DNA from: Mizuhopecten yessoensis
Taxonomy: Eukaryota
NCBI RefSeq assembly: GCF_002113885.1
Contig: NW_018480057.1
Location: 575,891-639,890 of the forward strand
Length of the DNA: 64,000 nt
Direction: 5' to 3'
In this document: positions 1 through 16,300 of the stretch, piece by piece
How the letters are laid out: the number at the start of each line of letters is the position of its first letter
Position numbering within the stretch: the stretch's first letter is position 1
Notes under the pieces: model-generated
Told to the model about the DNA's origin: nothing
The model's database searches: none
What the model saw: only the letters and a program-made list of their open reading frames with translations
Made by a program: the position numbers and the translations under genes

Positions 1-520
1 CACCATTTGTACAATTTTAAATCCCTGCCTCCCAGGAATGCTTTTGATCAAATATGATTGATATCCAGTGCACAGTTCTACAGAAGAAGTCGTTTGTAGC
101 AATATAGCCAAATTGCCCCCTTTTGGCCCCGCCCCTAAGCCCCCTGGGGAGTCAGCCCCACCATTTGTACAATTTTTAATCACCACCACCTAGGGATGCT
201 TCCAGTCAAATATGGTTGATATCCACTTCTTAGTTTCAGAGAAGAAGTCGCTTAAAGCAATATGGGCAAATTGACCCCTTTTGGCCCGCCCCTCAGCCCC
301 CTGGGGGGCCATCCCCACCATTTGTACAATTTTGAATCCCCACCACCTAGGGATGCTTCCAGTCAAATTTAGTTTAATTCCAACCAGTGGTTAAGAAGAA
401 GAAATCGTTTAAAGAAATTGTTGACGTACGTACGGACGGACAGACGGACGGAATACGGACGACGGACGCCACGGTATGGCATAAGCTCACCTTGGTCCTT
501 CGGACCAGGTGAGCTAAAAA
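1..520 (+). mobile_element. 3' part of a non-autonomous Helentron-like element (HINE; CvA/pearl-type architecture)
   Basis: ~158-bp tandem core units (caccatttgtacaatttt at 1, 159, 316), GACG/GGAC microsatellite at ~424-468, terminal hairpin agctcacc-t-tggtcc-ttc-ggacca-ggtgagct at ~485-515 followed by A5. Confidence 0.75.
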
Positions 521-704
521 TGTACACACCAGGTAAAGGTTACTGTAAATATATGTTATTGAAATGTTTCTGAATAATTAAAGAGGCAAAAGATATTGGA
601 GTAAGAACCAGGACAAAATTGTAGGTATGAAGAGCGGAAACAAACATCACTAGTTTGTCTGGCCATGTATTTATTGTTGGAAAGTACAAGTGTGGCAAAC
701 TTAC

Positions 705-4322
<3,618 letters not shown>

Positions 4323-5405
4323 AGCCTCAGTTGACGTTGGGTCAGTAAACGGGAATTAAGGATAAGGCCCCGGTAAATGACGGTTTCTTGCAAGATCCAG
4401 TTTCATCCTCATATCTCCCACAGTCCATTTGATATAATATCTGTACATTCAATCACAGGAGTTTCTCACAAACAGTGAGACTTTTCCTCATTTACACTGA
4501 CATGAAGGCGATCAGCTGTTCAATGTTTTATCATGTGGAGCAACAAAATATCCGCTTCAAAGAGAATGCACGTCAATTCCATTAATGCTTTTAGTATGCA
4601 AGGTAGATGACATTGCTTACCTTGTGTCTAAGATGTGCATTTCATCGCTATCATTTGAAAATATCTATTATAAACCTTAATAATGTAATTCAATCGAGAC
4701 AAAAAACATATGTAAATGATTTCAACATGGTGGGTCTATTTACCACATTCCTGATGGTACGGCTAATTTCCCATAATGCATTTCGAAATTATAAGAGTGC
4801 GCCAGTACTTTCGTTTTGCAACAGGTGGGTCATTGTTTTTTTATCGACCATATACATGATGAATCACGAAGAAGCTGCCAATGCGATATAACAATATTTT
4901 AGTTGATACACCATTCATTGGCAGTAAGTCAACTGCGATATTTAAGCCCATGTTTACATATGGTGGCATATTTCTGCCATCGTGTTATTCTAGGTCGCGT
5001 TACGGTAACACGACTTGTCGAGATAATTATGTCGACAAGTCGTGTTATTTCATTTCATTAACGCGACGTTTCACAGAATTATGTCGACCTGTCGCGATAA
5101 TTTATCACTACCGGTCAAGTTAGATTATCACGGATCTCGACCTAAATTTTGCTTTTGCCCAGATATGCCATCTAGTTAGTTTTTGCCGCGATAAGTTATA
5201 AATAGACACTCGGTCATTCCGGAACATCTCGGGATTTACGCTATACTTTGCTGGCTAGTACCTTGCAGTGAGCAGCCGCAGCAAGTCGAAAATACACATA
5301 AGTACAAATGTAGGAACAGAAACTGTTGTTTCATCGTGTAATATCCATAAAACAATGCAATCTANTTACATAACATTTCAATTACGCATTACGAGTTACC
5401 CTTAA

Positions 5406-6401
5406 GGATGTACACCTCTGAGAAGTCAAAAAAATCCTGTTTTAAACTTTTTTTCTTATATTGATTTTTGGAAAAAGGAGATAATGGCATAGTAGAAAAT
5501 GCAAAAAAAAAATAAAATATGTCCGTGTGTTCGTTTTTGTACTATGATCTGTCAAAGATACCAATTTAACACAATAGGTGATTTTAGGTGAATTTTCGGG
5601 TTTTGACTATTTGCAGAACAAATTCATACAATTTCTTCCAAGTGTGTTATCAGATATGTATGAATGTTTGTAGAATTGATAAAAATATTGTTTTCTTTTA
5701 AATTATAGAAGTAAAATTTCTTAATCTGATTCATTTTACTCAGAAATGCGATTTTAGTTACCGCTACCCCTTATTTTTAATGAAAAATGCACATTTTTCC
5801 ACCATTTTTTTTGCAGATTAAACGCTGGATATAAAAAAAATCCTGTATTAAACTTGTTGTGGTATTCAATGAATCGAAAAAAAATGTGTTTCTCTTTCTA
5901 AAACAGCCACAAAAATGGGGGGTCGGTGTGCTTCTTTTTTTGTCCCATTATTATTTGTGTTATTTTGCACCTTTTTCGGGGTCAAAAATCAAAAGTGTTT
6001 CAGTTACCCTAATATGTAAAAAAAAATTACCAATAATATACAACTTTCCACTTTTTTTGCATATTATTTTAATCATATTGAACATTATAAAGTTGTACAG
6101 CAAAATTGAACCTGCTACATTTTAAAATGGTGACACAATGACAATTTAAGTGATTAATCTAGTGTCAAAAAAGGTGAAATTTTACTTAAATACACTTTTT
6201 CAAAATGACCGCCAAATTGGTCATTTTTTCAAATTCTTGTAAAAAAAATTCTACACACAACAGACATCTAGTTTTTTTGACATATTTTTCAGATGTGTGT
6301 TTGCTATTAAACCTATCAAAATTTGATAAATATTACAAAAACCCGTTACACCAGATCAAAACGAGACTTGAACGTGACTGAAACCTCAGAAGAGTACATC
6401 C
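5406..6401. mobile_element. Non-autonomous DNA transposon, Kolobok-like (TTAA target duplication, GG..CC termini)
   Basis: ttaa|ggatgtacacctctgag ... ctcagaagagtacatcc|ttaa; AT-rich non-coding interior. Confidence 0.75.
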
Positions 6402-7173
6402 TTAAAAATGCACAGTGGGCATGCTATAACCAATCCAGCTCGAGTAGAGCACATCTTAACACAAAAGTTGAAAATACCATCTTTATGCTTGTAGTATTTC
6501 AAATTTTCTAAAGAACCTTGTCCTCGGACCCCCAAGTGGCTTTAAGTTAAGTTGGTTTAAAATGAATTAATATCAGTCGGTAAAATCGGACAGACATTTA
6601 TTTAATTAATTTGTATTGTTTTTATTTTAAATGTGGAAGATGTTAACTTCATGTTTTTAGAATTTTAAAAATGCCCAACTTAATCAGTTAACATAATAAT
6701 GAAGGCCCATATCAAAATATAAAGATTCCTTTTCCTCGATGTAGGAGCAGCATACACATCAAATCGAGCATTCATGTTTTTTTCTCTCGATCTCTCCTTT
6801 TTAACTTCTTTAGTCTGTAATTATCGTTTTACTCTAAAAATGTAAAATAAAATTCTTCTGTACTTCATGTTTTAAATAACTTAATTTGATGAAAAAAATG
6901 AAAGAATGTAAATTTTAAAAAACGAGCGTCCGATATTTTTTCTTCGAAAGAAAGGGATCAAATTCAACGTATAATGATTTTTTTTAATCTTATTTTTTTT
7001 CTTTGAAATATAAGACAAACGCTAACTCCATACTAACTTCTAGTTGTTTACAACTTTCCAGGGTCATGGAACTTGCATAAATGGCAACACCTGCGGCTGT
7101 AACATTTCTTGGCCACGATATTGATATGTGTATCGGATTATAAATATCCCAGTCTCATTTTCGTGAAATCCTA

Positions 7174-7360
7174 TCCCGTCTTTGCGTATTGCAGAGTTAT
7201 CTTCTCTTGTGAGCAGGTATTGATTGTTACGTCATTGGTTTGTGTGAGAAAATTACGTCATTTTCTCTAAAAATTGATGACGTTACTCTCACCAACAAAT
7301 GACGTACTAATCAATACCTGCTCACAAGAGAAGATAACTCTGCAATACGCAAAGACGGAA
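7174..7360. mobile_element. 187-bp foldback MITE with TA target duplication (Tc1/mariner-type)
   Basis: ~50-bp perfect inverted arms ccgtctttgcgtattgcagagttatcttctcttgtgagcaggtattgatt; TA on both flanks. Confidence 0.85.
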
Positions 7361-7587
7361 TATCCGCCCGTGCTTGTTGCTTAAGTATTATACAAACAAT
7401 GAAATAGTAAAAGAAAAAAATGGTTACATGTAGGTCGGGTGTTCTAAATAAGAACGTTTTGTACCGGTCTGAGAACAAGTTTTTGCATTTAAACTGATTA
7501 GATCTGTTCTACCGTGTATTCAGAAAATATATTTAATATTGGGATACATATGGAGCAGGACAAGGAATGGTATTATTATGATATCTA

Positions 7588-9272
7588 GGTTTAAACTTAT
7601 TTTATTATACAAATGGATATGGTAAAAATATATGGGGGGNTGTGAAATCGATCCGCATTAGAATAAATTATAAATTATACACATTCCATGACATGCAGCC
7701 TGGTAGAGTAATTTCAAAAAATGAACAGAATTAATGTAACAAATAAAACGGGCAAAATAATGAAATTCAAATTTTCGAGCAGGATGTGTCTTTCGTTGTT
7801 AAAAAGTAAGCACTCACACAAAAGTGAAAGGCATTTTCACATGGATGTCCACAATAACAAACTGGACTATCAACAAGATTTACTCTATAAAGATCATATG
7901 TAAGTGGACTACACTGATGTCTAAGTGTTCACCGAAACTTAGTAGATTGGTGGAGGAGATTGTACATTTGAAGTTAACGAGTTTTTGAAAGAATGTAACA
8001 AAGTCAATGCTATTGCTGAAAGGTCCAATGAATTCCAACCACGAGGAGTTGAAGGTATAAAAGATGAATTTGTTAGAGAAAGCCCGAAAGGAAGAACTCT
8101 ATAATCATTATTGTTTCTAAGGGTGTAACGGTTATTTTCTGCAACGGAAGATGGCAATAGATAATTTAAATACTCTGGAGTTAATTTGTTGTGCATTTTA
8201 TACAAAAGTTGGAGTTTTCTGCGTTTTCTTATATTCGAAAGAGTTTCTAGACCATTTTCAAAAATTAAGTAGTAAATTTGGGCATATGAAGGAAGTCCAG
8301 ATATAATACGAGAAGCTTCGCTTTGGGCTTTCTCTAACATTTCTGTCTCATAAGTTGTACAACCATCCCAGAATTCACAAGCATTATTATAAAACTGGTA
8401 AAATAAATGATTTATGAATCTTTAAAAGATTATCTCGATTTAATAAGTATTTTAGTCTACGTAAGACGTTGAATTTTTTCATAAATGAAGTATATATTGC
8501 ACAAATATGATCCCCCCATTTTGCACTTGAGTTAAAAATTACACCTAAAAGTTTATGACGATCAGTGAAATTTAAAAATTCGCCATTAAATTCTAATTGT
8601 AAATCTTCATCAATTTTAACCAAGTTTGAAACAAACATTGCCTCAGTTTTTTTCTGGGTTGAATGTTACTTACCAAGTTTGGGACCATGCATTAAGAGAC
8701 TCAAGATCTCTATTCATAACCGCTTGGATTTCTAGACATGAAGAGGGTGATTTTAACAAAGAAGTGTCGTCTGCAAAAAGACGAGAGGTTGATTCAAATA
8801 CATCAGCAATATCATTAATATAGATAAGAAACAAAAGAGGTCCAAGAATCGAACCACGAGGAACACCTGTTTCAACGAAACCTAAGTCGGAGTAAGAATT
8901 ATTCAAAAAGACTCTCTGGTGCCTCTGAAATAGGTAATTTTCCAACCAATGATACAATTCCCCTGAAATTCAATAGGATTTTAACTTAATCACCTAACCC
9001 GTATGCCAAACCCGATCAAAAGCCTTAGAAATATCGCAGAATCCCATACATACATGTTGTTTCCCCTCTACAGCAATACAGATGTTATGATACATTTCAA
9101 TGAGCTGATGTACAGTAGAATGACCAGGCAAGAAACCAGACTGGTGCTTATAAAAAAGTGTGTTTTCAATAAAATAATTATGCAAGTATTTGAAAATTAC
9201 TTTCTCAAACACTTTTCCAACTGTAGATAATACAGAAATTGGCCTGTAGTTAGAGGGAGAATGCCTGTCACC
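7588..9272 (-). mobile_element. 5'-truncated, frameshifted non-LTR retrotransposon (CR1/L2-type LINE), reverse transcriptase remnant
   Basis: Four broken ORFs carry NYRPISVLS, QSGF, DISKAFDRVWH, GVPRGSILGPLLFLIYIND and LFADD motifs; 3' end ataataaaataagtttaaacc near 7590. Confidence 0.93.
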
Positions 9273-10410
9273 TGTCTGATATTTACTTCTGCCCTTACAG
9301 AATACGCCATATATACTAAATAAAGCATGCAGCACGTGCCATTTTAAACTTTTGTTTGATTATGAGTTTACCGTTCATGTACACAATGATATTACGAAGA
9401 TTGCAATGATGCTTATGCTATTAACTACAAGTACAAATTGTAAAATATATACAACCAGGCATTTCTTATGGCGATGAAATGTTTGTAAATCGTGCCTCGA
9501 AGAATGAGTGGATGGACGCGGGGAATATTTTTTTAAAGCATCCTGCACAAAATTTTAATTTGCAGCCAATAACCTTCATTGTACCCTTAATTAACATTTT
9601 CGTCTCGTTTTGAGTTAAACAGTTCAGAAATGCATAATTTCTAGGAATCTAACCTTCAACTCCATATAATGGGTGACCAATAAAAACGTGTTCTCACAAT
9701 AGAATTTGTGATCGCTATCCTTCGTAAGATGATAGATGTTGTTTTTTCAAACAAGAGGTCCATAGGCCCTGTATCGCCTATCTGCAAACCTGTACATGTA
9801 GAAATGTGGGTCCAGGTTGATTGATTGATTGACTGACTGATGCTACTTAACGTCATTGTTTCAACGAGTCTATGACACACTGAATCAGAATTATGTATTT
9901 GTAAAAATACCTTATTGCCATTAATACCAAGTAAACTACATAGTACTTAAATATTCTTACTTTGGAACTCATGGTTCAATAGAAGAAGTTGTTCGAAGAA
10001 TGTAGCACATTTTACCGTCTTGCATTTAAAATTGAAACAAGGGATACTAAAAACGTTGATAAACCAAGCTACAGATGCCATATAAATCATTAATCAAACT
10101 CCCAACATGTCTTAGAAGAAGTCGTTTAAGGAGTTAAAGCATGTTTTTTTTTTAAAATAGATCTTAGACTGTTATTACAATGGTGAAATGGGAGTAGCCT
10201 CCCTTACAACGACATATGCTCAATTTCACCTTTCTCGTTCTATGTAAGGATTGTCCAGATGTAATTCCATTCCTCTCCATCTACTTCACTTACAAATACA
10301 ATACACATTTCTATCTATCACGAAGATACAGTCGTTGGACTATGGAAATTAAGTCTATGTTGTCTTTAATTGATCTTTTCTAAGACTTTGATAGGGTTTC
10401 ACATACGTAA

Positions 10411-10790
10411 GTTTGGTTTGGTTTAATTTTGTTTAACATCCTAGTAACAGCCAATGTCATTTAAGGACGTGCCACCATGCGTGTAGTGTATGCGTGCTTG
10501 TGTGTGTGAATGCAGGAGACATGGTATGTTGCTGTGCTTGCCTCCTTGTGATAGCGCGGATCTGATGCCGACTTGATAGTGCTATCTCACTGAAATACCA
10601 TGCCGAAGGCACCCAGCACAGCATTCTGCCCGGTCACATTATACTGACAACGAGTGAACCAGTTGTTGCCATTACCCTAAATGCTGAACGTTAAGCAGGA
10701 AATAAAAACTGCCATTTTTAAGGACTTTGGTATGTCCCGGCCTGGAAACAGAACCCATTGCCTTCCTCACCTGGGCGAACGCTCAACATT
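10411..10790 (-). mobile_element. SINE, tRNA-derived (Meta-domain-like; family assignment tentative)
   Basis: Degenerate tRNA-like head (gttgagcgttcgcc...gggttctgtttcc) near 10745-10790, (AAACC)n tail, homologous to 13010-13339. Confidence 0.7.
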
Positions 10791-12005
10791 AAAGCCAAAA
10801 GTGAGGTCTTGCCAAACAAGGCGCTAGGAAATTAAAGGTAGTTAGAAGTAAAAAGAAAGATAAAGATCCCAAATATTGCAATGGATGCAGCAGATTTATT
10901 TGGGTCGCTTTTGTATCCCCAAATAGAGGACACCAAAGCTAATTCCCAATTCTGCAGGGGTTTCCCTCATTAGTCGCTTCCTACGATACACGCAGTGGGT
11001 AACAGCAGGTGTATTCTTTTCCCGATCCCCCACCTGCAGGGGTGACACACGGAAGTATATAAGACGCAGAAATACGAAATCACCGGGAAAAATGATCTGG
11101 ATCGAAGGATATCTGATAGAATAGGATCAAAGAGTGGTTATCACAGCATCATAATTATCATCAGCACACTTACCTAGTAAGGAGTACCGAAACCTGTCAG
11201 AGCACAGAGTAAACATGACAAGTATAACACACATTTACTAGTGCCATAATGAACATAATGAACACCGACAAGGAAATGGAGCTTAAGCACTCAAACAATA
11301 GGCAATATCGTAAATACGCAACGTCCTTTTGAGGTTAGTTTAACTGAGGGTATACATTTTCAGCCCGAAGATGCTTTGCATACTTCTTGTCTCCCGAAGA
11401 CATGGTTTGAATGCGGACAGCACTGTTTAATTTTACACTATTATCCGTTATAACATTGTCACTTCCCTACAAAATATCTCGCACTCCCCGTTGTCATGTT
11501 TTCCTCTGCCTTCATAGCCACAGTGATGCTATCTTTGCTTGTTTGCAGAATGCTCCACCATTTCCCTCTGGTCTTACTTGATGCATCGCCTCTAAAGTGA
11601 TTGCCCAGCGAAGCTTTACATCCGACTTCCACTGGTTTATACCATGCTCCTCAACCTCTGTCTGACACTTGCCAGGAGCCGGTAGCTGGTATTTGGTGCT
11701 TTTGTTTCGTTGGCCTTCCAATTTTCTCTCTTTTTGAATAACAGCGAAACATCTAACTAGATGTACCATAAGCGACTTAGAAAATAAGAATTGTAAACAC
11801 TGGGTTACAGACGACAGTGATTGGTTTTACAATTTGAAAATAAATTAGGGTAAGGTTAATATTATGATCATCCATCATGAGTTTGGATGCCCTTTTCTCT
11901 CATAACCGGAGAAACATATGTTTCTCTTGGAAGCACGCGATTCCTGTCTGTGGAACATTTGTCGTATATGATGGAGTTACAATGGGAGATTGTTAGCTAG
12001 AAAAG

Positions 12006-12179
12006 TAACCACCACCGTTCAGGTTTCTACCCACATGTCGATGACATAAATATTTTGAAACTCTTTGCATGTTTATGGAAGGGTTAAGGACGAAAGAAAT
12101 CATGAACCATTAAATAAACATGCAAGGAGTTTCAAAATATTTATGTCATCGACATGTGGGTAGAAACCTGAAGTGGTTA
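12006..12179. repeat. Long near-perfect inverted repeat (59-bp arms, 37-bp spacer)
   Basis: Arms 12018-12076 and 12114-12172 with one mismatch; outer taaccac/gtggtta extension. Confidence 0.9.
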
Positions 12180-13009
12180 TGGAAGAAATATGTGTGTACA
12201 GAAAATATATAGTAAAGCCAGGCACTCTATAAGTGTATGGACCATCAAATAACAAAAGACATATCTAGGAGACTTGTAAAGGAATTACGTAAGTTTAAAC
12301 ATCAGCTAAAATCAATTGACGAAATGGCAGCCAGTTAGAACGGCAAATCCAAACGTGAAGCCTCCAGAAAATCCATTTCCAAGAGTAGAGTAAGTCTGAG
12401 CCTATGACAAGTAGAGTAGCAGATACCGGAAAGTGTAACAACACATTTCTACAGTATCTTTTTTATCATATTCCTTAGGTCCGATCCTCTTTAAGTAGTT
12501 TTTATAGTTTTTGATAGTTTTTAATGGAGTAGATGAGGCTAGCTCGTCACGTTCTTGTTATGTCAGTAATAAAATGATCGAACTTCGCGCATCCAGATCT
12601 TCAAGTCAAAGAGAGCTTGCCAGTACGGAAGAAGCATGACATTAAGACGATGGTTTTTCAATAGGTGCGCTGTTGGTGAGAAATTGGTAAGCCTATTTCA
12701 TTATTCTCATGTCACAATGAAGATAAAATATACTTTCCTCCATCATGTTTATAAATTAAATTAAACACACTTTCCCTTCTATGAAAAAACACGTGACCTC
12801 ATTGTATTCATGTACTGGTTAATACAATTTGTTAAAGTACAGCTGTAATAGGAATTTTTTTCAATATATTTACAAGAGGCAGAGGTAATTTCAAAAGTAA
12901 TTAAATCAAACTGTTTGGGGATCTATACTCTGGTTATCTAAATACTGCTTTTTTCTTTATTTTTTTTTTATATAATATACATTGACCTAACTGCCTTTAC
13001 TATCGTAGT

Positions 13010-13339
13010 GGACCAGAGTCTGTAAAAAATGTAGTTTCTGCTCCTGCTTAACGCTCAGCAATTTAGGAGTGGAACGACTGGTTCGCCCGTTGTCAGTATA
13101 ATGTGATCGGGTGGGGTATCCTGCTGGGTGTCTTCGGCAGTATGTTTCCGTGAGGTAGCACTATAAAGACAGCATCAGTTCCGCGCTATCACAAGGAGAC
13201 GAACACGAACATATCGCAGCCCCCCAAAACACACACGCATACACTACACGCATGCATCTTGCACACAAGGGAGGCCGTCCATAAATGACCATAGCTGTTG
13301 ATAGGACGTTAAACAATACTAAACCAAACCAAACCAAAC
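13010..13339 (+). mobile_element. SINE, second copy of the same family, lacking the tRNA head
   Basis: Shared blocks (cgttgtcagtataatgtga; ccgcgctatcacaaggag) and aaaccaaaccaaaccaaac tail. Confidence 0.7.
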
Positions 13340-16300
13340 TGCCTTTAAAATCGTGGTGGATACCATAACTTTGAACAGTCTTCATTGGGTACCTTACCTT
13401 TTACCAAATATCATAGAACCTTACTCGTTGTAGGTGATCTGTCAATATTTATCTTCCTCGGTGGGAGTGAAGAAGGTGCGGAGCCCGATAACATTTTTAC
13501 AACAATAAATATTTCATTTCTGGAATATTATAGTGGTGTTGTTTCTTTTGTTTGATTGGGAGTGATGACACAATTACATTTCATACACAAAATAGAACAA
13601 TGATTTTCTGTTCAATCTTTTTATTTAAATCACGTCATACATCATTAATATGACAATATTCATGTTCAGGCAAAGAGGTTATGATACTGCGTCATTTAGA
13701 TGCACATTCAATGTACAGATGTCTATCTAGTTACAAACTATATTTATATAAACTATTTACAACAATTATTTCTGAATAAACTACAATGAATAGGTATGGC
13801 ACAGGACATACAGGGCATCTGGCACGGGAATGTGTGTTCACAATAATTACTCAGTGGAATGTTGATACAGACAAATCAACATTAGATACCACGCACCTGT
13901 AGGTAACTACAATCGGTCTACCTTTACAGATGTGTAATACTGATTAAATTGCATCATCTTAATATTTATAGACCGCATGTCTACCGAGACTGGTTTCCTC
14001 TCTCTATCGACAGGTCTCTATTTACAATGACTGATGTTTACTATTAACAGTGTGTATGTTAATAACAAGACATACACTGACAAAGGAACTGTTTAGGTTT
14101 TAGCCGATATATTTGATAGTATATCTGAAAATAAATCAAACTGAACCCAAATTTAAGCTAAATAATAAACCTTATATGATACCAGTATTTTCAATGAGTG
14201 GAGAGATATGTGTTTTTATAAATTTTATCAATTCAATTCATACCGTTCTATAACATTGAAATTGAACAAAAAAATCGATCGTACATGTGGTGTAAATGGT
14301 TAACATTTGGAAAATCGATAGTTAATTCATTAAACTATTAATGCATACTAATATATTCAACAGGAACAATTTATCTATTAATGGTTTCTTTCTAAGGAAC
14401 ACTTCATTAATGTGATTTAACAGCAGGAATGATTAAACTATGAATGTTTATACACAGGACCAATGAAGTTATTATTATTCCCCCGCCCCCCCCCCCCCAT
14501 GAAATATTCAACATGGTCGAAGCAGCTGTTGTTATTCAAGATATCATGAATGTGCAACCTTGTGAAAATTAACATGTATATGGAAACTTACAGTGTATAT
14601 ATTGAGACAGACATCTATGAACTACAGATTTCATTTTAACATTGTTTCATTATGTTAATGGTTACTATTTCTTTTCTAATTCAAATAGAAAGTACAATTT
14701 GTTACTCACGGCAGTTATGGAAACATTGCAGGGTATCTATTATTACTCACGACACCGGCCAGAGACAATGTAATTTTACAGAAAGCATTGCCAGGAGTTT
14801 ATATTTTAGTACATGTATTGCATTTCAGAAATTAATACTTGATAATCACATAATAGCATCTATCAATGTTAAATTGCTCTTTCCTTTTATTGCAAGTGAC
14901 AGAATTAAGATATTATTTAAACGGCACATTTGTTATATGACTTTGCCATAAAGTCTATCATGACGATCATATGACTTTTGATACATATTAGAACACCCAA
15001 TATGACGTCACAGGCAACAATAAGAAGACGTCACGAATTCACGGTAAAGACGATAAATGGCGATTTTGTTTTGTTTTTGTAATTTTGAGACAATATGTAT
15101 TTTTTCAATGAGACATTGCGGAGTTGCTTGATTCTTTATGTTTCCTTGCGGTTGAAGACTTCCAGAAACTTCTGTATTGCTAAAAAGGATTGGCTCCTAG
15201 GTAAACATGTAAAACGTTACATATTTGAAATGAAATATACATTCAAATGATTTCACGTCCACAATCTAGCATGAATGTACATAGAAAACATACACTTTTC
15301 TGTGATAAACCGTAAACAAGATACAAGTACTTAAATGGTAGGATGCGAACAAACTATTTAACAAGAACGGTTGAGACATTAAAACGAACCAAAAGACATA
15401 TAGAACTTATAAAAACAATTGAAGGCGTCACCAGATGTCCTCAAAGAGTCATTGTGTTCATAGCAATAGCTTTTGACTAAATTTTCTGGTATATAAAGAT
15501 GAAATTTAACTGATATTTCATTATCACTTCCCCAAAATTAAGACAGATGTTTGTGGTTCGATAGAAGAAGTTCTACAGTCGCCATAATGACCTTAAAAGC
15601 CAACGCGACGGTTTTGATAGTTATAATTAAAGACCTGTTCACTGTGCCTTAAGATCGCTGATGAACCACATAATGTCCATTGTACGTATTACATTTATGT
15701 ATGTTAGGCGCTACTTTTATTACATGAAATGCTTTCCCTCCGGGAACAAATAGGTTTACTTTCAAGATTTAACGGTGTTTTATTATATCACTTCGTTTAT
15801 TTTATTGTCTATTTAACTCCCGTTGTTGTCTTTTCATATCGATTTTGGGTTCAGATCTCGTCTTATTGTTGACGTTGTGTTTTTTGCTTTTATTTGTTTT
15901 TATATATCTCACCTTATTAGGGGAGGTTATCAAGAAAGGCAATCCAGAATATTTCGTCAAACAAACTGCTCAAAATGTACAATTACTTGTCCGAGAGTCT
16001 TATATTTCAGCAGTAAGGTACAGTGACTACATTTATGTTAAACATGTCGATTTAAAAATACCGCATATCAGTTAATTTTCACCAACTGATATTTTCACGA
16101 TTATGCATCAACTGAAAAACCGTAAATGTACTAAGTGTCGCGTTAATAATATATTAACACCGCAACATTGATAATTTACAGAATTATTCCAGCAGTGACA
16201 CACATCTATAAGTAATGTGTAGGTAGGGAGCACAATTCAAAGGGAAACACAGTCATTATTGCTGAATCACTATTGTTACAATACGGCAAGACCACTAGCA

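Noticed and set aside
11100-12690. Coding-like composition and an 85-aa ORF (11512..11769) in the intergenic region
   Set aside because: No recognisable domain, stops in the frames tested, no coherent exon chain
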